DNA of 64,000 nucleotides, taken from Antedon mediterranea (taxonomy: Eukaryota; Animalia; Echinodermata). The notes under the pieces are model-generated. The model was not told where the DNA came from. It made no database searches and saw nothing but the letters and a program-made list of their open reading frames with translations. The stretch's first letter is position 1. Every line of letters starts with the position of its first letter. Location: positions 7,988,201-8,052,200 of the forward strand of contig NC_092670.1 in assembly GCF_964355755.1 (NCBI RefSeq). The letters are read 5' to 3'. Shown here piece by piece: positions 40,148 to 49,576 of this stretch. The position numbers and the translations under genes were made by a program.

Positions 40148-41479
40148 ATGAAATTCAAATGTGAACACTGTGGAGATAAATTTGAGTTAAGTGATTTGAA
40201 GGAGCATTTAGGAATACATGTGCGTTTTAAAGATTTCAAATGTGAAACCACAAACGTTGTTGAGCCACAAGATGAGACACCATATGAGTTAGAAAATTGT
40301 GGGAAGAAAGACAGTGAAAATTTGGAAATTATAGGCATAAACAACGCTGAAGAAACGTCACATGAATTTGAACATTGTGGAAATAAAGAAAATGAGAATT
40401 TAGAAATACACACTGTCAAAGAAACGTCATATAAATGTAAACATTGTGGTAAGGAATTTAAACAAAGAGAAGATTTTAAAAAACATTTGCAAATACACAG
40501 AGAAGAGAAGCCATATGAATGTGAACATTGCGAGAAAAGATTTAAACAGAATGCAAATTTGAACAAACATTTGAGAATTCACACAGGAGAGACACCATAT
40601 GAATGTGAGCATTGTGGAAAGAAATTTAAAGAAAGGGGGAATTTGAACAAACATTTGACAATACATTCAGTAGAGACACCATATGAATGTGAACATTGTG
40701 GCAACAAATTTAAACATGGTGAGAATTTGAAGAAACATTTAATAAAACACTCAGAAGAGAGGCCATATGAATGTGAACAATGTGGAAAGAAATATAAATA
40801 CAACCAGCAATTGAAAATACATTTTCGATCTCACTCGGGAGAGACCCCATATGAATGTGAACAGTGTGGAAAGAAATTCAAAGGAACTGCAAATTTACGA
40901 TCACATTTGAAAATCCACTCAGCAGAGACACCATACGAATGTAAATATTGTTCAAAGAAATTTAAAACTAGTAAATATTTAAGATTACACACACGGATAC
41001 ACACAGGAGAGCAGCCATATGAATGTGAATATTGTGAGAAAAAATGTAACTCTAAAGGACAATGGAGAAAACATGTGATGATACATACAGGAGAGAGGCC
41101 ATTTGAATGCGAACATTGTGGAAAGACATTTCAAAGTAATAGCAATTTAAATTTACATTTGAGAATTCACACTGGAGAGAAACCATTTGAATGTGAATAC
41201 TGTGGGAAGAAATTTCAATGGTGGAAGACCTTCAAAAAACATGTGAAAATTCACACAGGAGAAACACCATATGAATTTGAACATTGTGGAAAGAAATGTA
41301 AACAAAGTGAGTGTTTGAAAAAACATTTGAGAATACACACAAGTCCAGAGACACCATCTACATGTGAACATTGTGGAATTAAATTCGAAACTATTGAATA
41401 TTTAGAATCACATTTGAGAATACACACAGAGACACCATCTTATGAATATGAACAAAAATGGAAACTAATGGAAAGGTAA
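40148..41479 (+). CDS. C2H2 zinc-finger protein 1 (no KRAB), ~12 intact fingers, single coding exon
   Basis: Tandem CxxC-x12-HxxxH with HTGE(T/K/R)PY linkers; acceptor TTTACAG at 40030 upstream of the ATG. Confidence 0.9.
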   Translation: MKFKCEHCGDKFELSDLKEHLGIHVRFKDFKCETTNVVEPQDETPYELENCGKKDSENLEIIGINNAEETSHEFEHCGNKENENLEIHTVKETSYKCKHCGKEFKQREDFKKHLQIHREEKPYECEHCEKRFKQNANLNKHLRIHTGETPYECEHCGKKFKERGNLNKHLTIHSVETPYECEHCGNKFKHGENLKKHLIKHSEERPYECEQCGKKYKYNQQLKIHFRSHSGETPYECEQCGKKFKGTANLRSHLKIHSAETPYECKYCSKKFKTSKYLRLHTRIHTGEQPYECEYCEKKCNSKGQWRKHVMIHTGERPFECEHCGKTFQSNSNLNLHLRIHTGEKPFECEYCGKKFQWWKTFKKHVKIHTGETPYEFEHCGKKCKQSECLKKHLRIHTSPETPSTCEHCGIKFETIEYLESHLRIHTETPSYEYEQKWKLMER

Positions 41480-42579
41480 AAGCACATTTGATAAAGCACA
41501 CAAGAGAGACAGCCTATGAAACGGAACATTTAGTACACATAGGAGAGAAACCATATGAAAATGAACATTTTTTAATACCCAAAGAAAAAACACCATATGA
41601 AATGGAACATTTAATACACAAAGCAGAGACACCATATGAAATTGAACATTTAATACACAAAGCAGAGACACCATATGAAATGGAACATTTAATATGCCTA
41701 CACACAGGAGAGAAGCCATATGAAATGGAACATTTAATATGCCTACACACAGGAGAGAAGCCATATGAAATGGAACATTTAATATGCCTACACACAGGAG
41801 AGAAGCCATATGAAATGGAACATTTAATATGCCTACACACAGGAGAGAAGCCATATGAAATGGAACATTTAATATGCCTACACACAGGAGAGAAGCCATA
41901 TGAAATGGAACATTTAATATGCCTACACACAGGAGAGAAGCCATATGAAATGGAACATTTAATATGCCTACACACAGGAGAGAAGCCATATGAAATGGAA
42001 CATTTAATATGCCTACACACAGGAGAGAAGCCATATGAAATGGAACATTTAATATGCCTACACACAGGAGAGAAGCCATATGAAATGGAACATTTAATAT
42101 GCCTACACACAGGAGAGAAGCCATATGAAATGGAACATTTAATATGCCTACACACAGGAGAGAAGCCATATGAAATGGAACATTTAATATGCCTACACAC
42201 AGGAGAGAAGCCATATGAAATGGAACATTTAATATGCCTACACACAGGAGAGAAGCCATATGAAATGGAACATTTAATATGCCTACACACAGGAGAGAAG
42301 CCATATGAAATGGAACATTTAATATGCCTACACACAGGAGAGAAGCCATATGAAATGGAACATTTAATATGCCTACACACAGGAGAGAAGCCATATGAAA
42401 TGGAACATTTAATATGCCTACACACAGGAGAGAAGCCATATGAAATGGAACATTTAATATGCCTACACACAGGAGAGAAGCCATATGAAATGGAACATTT
42501 AATACACACAGGAGATACACCATATGAAATGCAAAATGTAATAGGCCTACACACAGGAGAGACACCATATACAATGTGA
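41458..42579 (+). CDS. Frameshifted C-terminal tail of ZNF gene 1 made of finger-linker repeats
   Basis: Continues a broken finger (..TNGKVKAHLIKHTRETAY) in the -1 frame; homologous to the in-frame tail of ZNF gene 2. Whether it is translated is unknown. Confidence 0.45.
   Translation: METNGKVKAHLIKHTRETAYETEHLVHIGEKPYENEHFLIPKEKTPYEMEHLIHKAETPYEIEHLIHKAETPYEMEHLICLHTGEKPYEMEHLICLHTGEKPYEMEHLICLHTGEKPYEMEHLICLHTGEKPYEMEHLICLHTGEKPYEMEHLICLHTGEKPYEMEHLICLHTGEKPYEMEHLICLHTGEKPYEMEHLICLHTGEKPYEMEHLICLHTGEKPYEMEHLICLHTGEKPYEMEHLICLHTGEKPYEMEHLICLHTGEKPYEMEHLICLHTGEKPYEMEHLICLHTGEKPYEMEHLICLHTGEKPYEMEHLICLHTGEKPYEMEHLICLHTGEKPYEMEHLIHTGDTPYEMQNVIGLHTGETPYTM
41671..42480 (+). repeat. 18 identical 45-bp tandem repeats encoding PYEMEHLICLHTGEK
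   Basis: Unit CCATATGAAATGGAACATTTAATATGCCTACACACAGGAGAGAAG; 810 bp / 45 = 18. Confidence 0.95.
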
Positions 42580-43868
42580 ACATTGTGGGATGGAATTTAA
42601 ACAGAATGACAATAATTTAAAAATACCATTTAAACACGAGTCACCATGTGGTGACATCGTCAAAAGAGGTGGGGAAAGTTTCCATTTCACAGTAACAGTG
42701 TCAATCATATTTAGCTACGAAAGAATGACAATCTGTACAAAAGTAACTCGGTGACAATATGTAGGCCTACAATTCAAATTTACTAATCTATTATACAATA
42801 ACATTTTTTAACATGTTAATTTTCCTAAATTGTTTTTTGTTTAATATTTTTTGTCTGATTTTTGTATGACTAGTAGGCCTACTGTAATCTGTAATCAATT
42901 TTTTTTTTCTGTTGCATTCAGTATTTTATTCAAGATATTTCAGTTTATGTATGACATGTTTTAAATATTGTTAGTGTGTTGTAATGATTTCATGTTTAAT
43001 TCAAAGTAGGACATTAAAAGTTTGGGATTTTTATGTTCATTTAAAAAGATTCAACAAAACTTAAATGTGTAAAAGTGTAGTAGATTGTAGATGTTACTCA
43101 GTACTTGTTTACATGGAAAGAAAGCCATATACAGTAGTGTAAATAAGTTTATTAACAATTACTTTATTTAGAAAACCATGCAAATAAGAGATAAATGTTT
43201 TAAAAATAATAATTATGAAGTTGTTCTATTTTATCTATTATCTGGCTCAATATGCATGTTTAAAATAAATCCTCACTCATGTAATAGCATATCTTTGCTA
43301 TTAAATAATCGCATACATCATGTTTCAAAGAGGACACAAACTCACAAAAAAAGTACAAACGTCTATCCAGAACAATGTACAGTTTAATCTTGATATATTT
43401 TATATATTGCACTGCGCATGAACAAATGTCTGTCCCGTGTGCGATATTACCTTGTTTTTTGTTTCCAAGGCGTTCCATACTTTTTGTTTGGGATCGTCCC
43501 ACTTTTATTCCTTCAACAATAAAATATTTCCATTTACATACATTATTTCCTGTTTGAGAATGCCATTTTTAAAACCGTATTTTGAAGAAAGGTATTTTAA
43601 AATCAGCAGAAATGGGTTCAAAAGGAACCAATTTTTAAATGCGGTTTTTAAAAGCTCCAATTGATTCCGGTCTCGATCGTCGAACACCTGTTCGTGGATG
43701 GACCAATTTTAGCTGCAACACGATCTTTTTATATAACCGGTTTTGTCTAAAACTGACTTTTAAAAGAAACACGATCATCTAAGCTACTCTGTGGGTAGTA
43801 ATGACATCATTACGGTATAACCAAACATACATGAAATGTCACCAAACGAGAAACTGGTTTGTTTAAGT

Positions 43869-44712
43869 AAAACAAGGCCAACAGCCATTAAGTCGCGTGC
43901 TACAATGCATAGTGATACCGGACCGACAGACAGACCGACAGACCGACAGACAGACAGACAGAGAGACCGACCGACCGACATAGTGAACTATACTGACCGA
44001 AATTACTGAACATGTTTAAAAATGTTGAAATGTTTAAAAACATTTTTTTTTTTTTAATTTACACGTGCGTAGCCTGTCACTTTCGACGTGCTCGTATAAC
44101 GTAATTTCGAGTTGAAAAGTAAGTCAAGAAAACAGAAATCGGGCAAAAAGAGTGCGCAATAACATTTAACGCGCAATGCGCGCGCAAAAATATGCGCACT
44201 CATGGCAATTTTGTAAACGCTTAAAATTGCCTGAAATGTACTCTTATTTCATCGAAAATAAATTTTGAAAATGTTAAGCGCGCGTACGCATGCGTTACAT
44301 GCGCTACGCACGTAATTGTATTGCCATATGATGATTTATGCCCTGAAATTTATGAGTACCAAATTTTATTTAATTGTGATTCATGGTTGTGAAGATATGA
44401 TTACAAACGTGATTTCGTTAAATCATGCGTAGACCGCGTAATTTTTTATTGCGCACCGTGAAAACATAACCACATTGATTCCTGGCCATAAGGAATATAC
44501 TGTGAAAAATTGACCTAGCTAGATTAAACTGATATCAAGATAAGGTCAGAAAGCGATAAAACGCATAGTGATATCGGACCGACAGACAGACAGACAGACA
44601 GACCGACAGACAGACCGACAGACAGACCGACAGACAGACCGACAGACAGACAGACAGACAGACCGACCGACCGACATAGTGAACTATAGAGTCGCTTCCA
44701 CGCGACTAAAAA
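43869..44712. mobile_element. HINE/DINE-1-like (Helentron-derived) non-autonomous element, apparently nested or compound
   Basis: Subterminal inverted motif GTCGCGTG/CACGCGAC, two (GACA/GACC)n tracts each followed by CATAGTGAACTATA, terminal hairpin GTCGCTTCCACGCGAC, A-run flanks. Confidence 0.7.
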
Positions 44713-45173
44713 TAGGAGGCAAACATGTTTTTTGTTATAACGTTATATCCAGTATGAGGAGCTGCCCATTCTGTGCAAACATTACATTCTTCTAATATAT
44801 TATACAAATCTGTGTTTGAAAAGTAAGTAAGAAATCACCTTGCATTTATGCCTATAATAGTTTAACATCTTTCTAATAATAAATTCCTATAAATTTCTAA
44901 TTTCACTTTAGACTTGAAGTGGTTTAAATGTTAAATCCATTATCAGCATCTGGCAGTTACTAACACTGGATTAATGTTTATTTTATGTGTATTTTCAGTA
45001 TTTAAAAGAATGATAAAGTTAAAACTATAAATTACTTATACAGTAATGTTTCATTCTTTTCTTAGTCACGGCTTGTAACAATATTTTCTGTGCCAGGGAC
45101 TATTAATTGGTTTGATTAAACTTTGGTTTCAATTGAAGTAGAAAGAAAGGTACTTCAGACCCGACCTTGGTGT

Positions 45174-45402
45174 ATTTCCTGATTACGTAATATCCGCCAG
45201 GTGTTTCTAATGAAGGTCGTTTCCGCCAGGTGTTTCTAATGAAGGTCGTTTCCGGCAGGTGTTTCTAATGAAGGTCGTTCATTTCCTGTTATTGTATTAG
45301 TTATGTAACTTCCGGCAGAGGTGTTTCTAATGAAGGTCGTTCTTTTCCTGGTTTCGTACTAGTTATGTAATTTCCGCTAGGTGTTTCTAATGAAGGTAGT
45401 TC
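45174..45402. repeat. Five copies of a ~29-bp GC-richer motif, enhancer-like
   Basis: CCG(C/G)CAGGTGTTTCTAATGAAGGTCGTT x5 (later copies variant), interspersed with TTTCCTG and TTA(C/T)GTAA. Confidence 0.8.
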
Positions 45403-45546
45403 TTTGAGGATACTGTTGTTGTTCCAGGCAGTGATATAGATGATCGTTACACGGAGGCCGATGTACATGGAGGTATAGTCAGTCGTGATTATAACAATGG
45501 TTAACAATGGGGATAGTATAAGACAATAGAGTATATCATTTCACTA

Positions 45547-46513
45547 GAATTGTTATATAGATTTGTTATATATTAATATACATTATAATATAAAATTAAT
45601 AAATATTAAATAAAAATGATATGGTGATTTAGTTGCTTGTGATGAGAACAAAATGGTTTACAATGGTTGAAGTCAATAGGTGTTATGTTTCGGATTATAA
45701 TACAATGGTTAACATAGGGTAAGGAAGTGAGACAATATAGTTTTTGTAAGATTTGAATTAGTCATAGAGTCAATAAAGATGCACCTGGTTAATTAAAACT
45801 AGTTAATTGAGGTTTTTGCTTGATCTAAGCCGACATAATCCAAAGACATAAGTTATTTGATCCGGATATTATAACAATGACTAAAACAAAAAGATAAGAA
45901 TGAATGAAGTTAAATAATAAGTATGTCTTGATTGAACTATACCGACAGGTAATTAACCATCTTCCGGATTTGTTAACAAAGGGGAGAAATCGAAATCAGT
46001 GACACGGCGTTTGACATACTAAAGTTTAATGTGTGACGTCATGATGTTAGTTTCACTATTTTTGATGATTTTTGTTTTCCGTTGTTTAGTTTTATTTTCA
46101 TTTAAATTGGTTACGTTTACGAAAAGATTTCTTTGTTTCCTTTTAAAATAAAACAAAAAGTGGGTAAAGAGGGAATTGTTATATAGAATTGTTATATATT
46201 AATATACATTATAATATAAAATTATTAAATAATAAATAAAAAATATTTGGTGATGATTTAGTCGTTTGTGATGAGAACATAATGGTATACAATGGTTGAA
46301 GTCAATAGGTGTTATGTTTCGGATATAATATTACAATGGTTAACATTGGGTAAGGAAGTAAAAGATTGTTGTAAGATTTGAATTAGTCATGTACTTGGCG
46401 GTATTTTTAAAAAGGGGTACAATAAAAGATGCTCCTGGTTTAATTAAAACAACGTAACAACATAAGTTATTTGATCAGGATATTATAACAATGACTAAAA
46501 CAAAAAGCTAAGA
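45547..46513. repeat. Pair of ~340-350 bp diverged direct repeats (45547-45899 and 46173-46513)
   Basis: Shared GAATTGTTATATAG..., CAATGGTTGAAGTCAATAGGTGTTATGTTTCGGAT, ATAACAATGACTAAAACAAAAAG. Confidence 0.85.
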
Positions 46514-46890
46514 GAATTTAGTACAGTTTTCATCAGTATGAACTTCTACAAACCAACAGCTGATTACGCCGATTCTAAAATAGCTGATAAGGCTAAGGCT
46601 AGTATGCAGCGAGTTATGAGAAAACGGTTTGATCTTTGATGATTTTGGATCGGACACTTTTTAAATTGAATGACATTGGGGAAGCTACTTAATGAAACAA
46701 AAGATACACGGCGCTTCGAGACAATGTTCCGACAGGAAATACAACAATGACAATTGGCTGAAACAAATTTAGTAAATGCCGAATGTAATCCTTTGACTGT
46801 ATATAACTCTCGATTATTTTGTAATCTTTACCTCATTCTACAACGCTACAGAGCTCGACAAGACAGACCAAAAACCAACAACTAGTTACT

Positions 46891-47619
46891 ATGGGTTCCG
46901 TGATTGAAATCATTGATCTTACTATGGACTCTGATGTCGAAGAAGATGTTATATATATAAGCAGTGATTCAGAATTTGAAGACGAAGACATACTAGCTAT
47001 GACTGGTGCCTATTTTACAGCAGAGGAGGAGGAAGAGATGAGGGAAGAGATGGGGGATATGACGTGTTTAATGGCGATTCAACCCCCACCCCCAATGAAC
47101 GTTGATTTCAATAATGTATCTAATACTGAAGAAGACGAACATTATAGATCGAGAATAATTTCTGAAGAGGAGAGGATTGTATACGACGACACGTCATCGG
47201 TAGTTGACTACCACCTATTTCTGGCAAGAAAAGCCGATGTAGAAGATGATGTAGAAGATGAGGTGTTTGCGGAAGAGTACCTGAACCCTGTGCTGGAGGC
47301 GGAGATTAAGAAAGAAACTACCGAACTTGAGTACAAAGAGATAATGAGAACAATTGAGAAGGTTTTCATAGAAGAATTTATATTCATTCTGAAGGACATG
47401 GTTGAACGTTATAACTTTCACGGCTCAAGATATGAACAACTCCTAACATTTTTTCGACCAATTCTGGCATTGCAACTTGTGGACAATAGCGCTACTCATT
47501 TTGAATGGGCGCTAAACTACTTTCATTTACGTTGTATCAATGTTGATGCGTTCGATAAAGCCATAAAGTTGATTACAAATGATTCAGAACTTTTTAATAA
47601 GATTCTTTACCAATTGTAA
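46891..47619 (+). CDS. Intronless acidic orphan protein (242 aa) with SUMO-interacting-like motifs
   Basis: Uninterrupted ORF with higher GC than its flanks; TATATAA at 46800-46806, Inr-like TCATTC at 46833; AATAAA at ~47989; N-terminal VIEIIDLT.DSD and VIYISSDSE motifs. Confidence 0.7.
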   Translation: MGSVIEIIDLTMDSDVEEDVIYISSDSEFEDEDILAMTGAYFTAEEEEEMREEMGDMTCLMAIQPPPPMNVDFNNVSNTEEDEHYRSRIISEEERIVYDDTSSVVDYHLFLARKADVEDDVEDEVFAEEYLNPVLEAEIKKETTELEYKEIMRTIEKVFIEEFIFILKDMVERYNFHGSRYEQLLTFFRPILALQLVDNSATHFEWALNYFHLRCINVDAFDKAIKLITNDSELFNKILYQL

Positions 47620-47983
47620 TTTGTACAAATTAAAAATAATATCTTAACACTTTTTAAATTAATGTTACATAATTTTGTAATTCTTATTTCTTTTCGGTAA
47701 ATTTATTATTATTATGGTTGTAAATTATATTGAAATAGAATGTGTGGCGCTAAACTACTTTCATTTACGTTGTATAAATGTTGATGCGTTTGCTAAAGCC
47801 ATAAAGTTGATTACAAATGATTCAGAACTTTTTAATAAGATTCTTTACCAATTGTAATTTGTACAAATTTAAAATAATATCTTAACACTTTTTTAATTAA
47901 TGTTACATATTTTTATAATTCTTATTTCTTTTCGGTAAATTTATTATTATTATGGTTGTAAATTATATTGAAATAGAATATGT
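47508..47983 (+). repeat. 238-bp tandem duplication of the end of the orphan ORF plus its 3'UTR
   Basis: GGCGCTAAACTACTTTCATTTACG... starts at 47508 and again at 47746 with few substitutions. Confidence 0.9.
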
Positions 47984-49576
47984 GTTAAAATAAAGGTTGT
48001 GTTTTTTCTTTTAAAAGCAACAACAACGAAAATGAATTTGATCTTTGATACTTATGACGATCGACCCACTTTAACGTGACGTCATTTTACTTTAGCTGCA
48101 TGCGAAGAAGTAGTCACCGTGGTTATCAATGAAAATATTTAGTCTCGGCCAATCAAAGTACAGTAGGTCAACTATATTAGGCTAAGCGACGAGACGGTCT
48201 TTGTCAGCCATTATTTCCGCCTGGCGGAGTCAATGAAGGCTACTCAGCACGTTATTTGTTCATTGTTATTTTATGCAGGCAGCGAAAGAAGTGGACAAAA
48301 TGGCCGGGAACTGTATCATGGTAGGTACAACCACAACTTATTTGTTTTATGTATTTTTTCCCATTCTCAATCAATGTGTACAATTTAGTGCGGTTTGTTT
48401 TTCTTGTATTTTTTTTTTACACGTTTACGATGGTTTTCGTAACTAACTCGAAATAGTGATAGGGGAGTCATAATTCGACGTCTAATTATAACTCCATAAT
48501 TTAATAATCATCAAGCCAACCAGTTTACAACAATAAACACATAAAAATGGTATATTCAACAAAAATGTATTTTTTGTTGTCATTAAAATTGTAATGTAAT
48601 TATCAATAATGGCCTTGGGTCATCAAACTGCACTTTTTAAGTTATTGGTTGGTAAATTATTTTATATTATTATTAAGGTGCGTCCAACAAAAATATATAA
48701 TATAAAATGAAAGCACAAAATAGACAAAAACATAGGTAATCTTATTTTCTACATAAGGTAACATGTAATAAAACTCATTCCCCTCCCTCCCCTTCTCCAA
48801 AACAAGTACAACATGTAATTTAAATACAGTACATGATTATTCTTAATCTAGAAAACCAATCACTAATCCCCCCCCCCCCCCCCACAACACACACACACAC
48901 CTTACGTACAACATGAAGGAAATATAATATAGTCTCGGCCAATCAAATTTAAGTACTGTACAGCATAATCTAATTACTGTATAGGTGTTTTTTCTTTGTT
49001 AGAATACCGGTATCCTTGGATAAAACTGTTGTTTGCTAAGTTTTAAGCAGGCAGTGAAACAATCACTGAGACGACGGCAGTATTATACATGATACCAGGA
49101 TTTGTTTGTGTATTTATTTTGTTTATGCAATTGCACTTACTAAACAGTAACTTGTGTACATTTTAGTGTAGTAAGTTGTGGATTCCGTAGAAAGTTGTTT
49201 AAAAATGTTTTATAGTTATAGTTATATGGTTATATATATAGGCTACATTTATTACTTTAAATCTTCCATACTTTACAATCCTTAGGCCGGTACGGTACTA
49301 GGCTCCTTCAAGCCTAACTAGTAGTCGATCGATCCAAAGCCACAAGTTTTTTGATGAACAGTGCATGTTTACTTTATGTTATTGCCTACTTTACTACTCC
49401 CTTATTCAATATATGCCACGCTGTACTTTTGGTACATTTTATTTATATTTATTGGATTTTTTTAAATTTATAGTTGGCCTATAATTATGAAGAAATATCA
49501 TCGCAATTAGGACAAACTCAACAATAACATTAACTTTTAAAAATCATTAAAAAAAGATTTTTTATTGAACATCAGC

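Noticed and set aside
41450-41480. Programmed -1 ribosomal frameshift
   Set aside because: No X XXY YYZ heptamer in the correct frame and no evident downstream structure; kept only as an unexplained indel.
41671-42480. CRISPR-like array
   Set aside because: Units are contiguous with no unique spacers, there are no cas genes, and the context is eukaryotic coding sequence.
41465-42583. Long antisense ORFs over the ZNF repeat arrays (also 41514-42554, 50935-51942, 51038-51850, 51156-51806)
   Set aside because: Automatic consequence of stop-free repeat units with lengths divisible by three; no independent promoter, splice or homology support.
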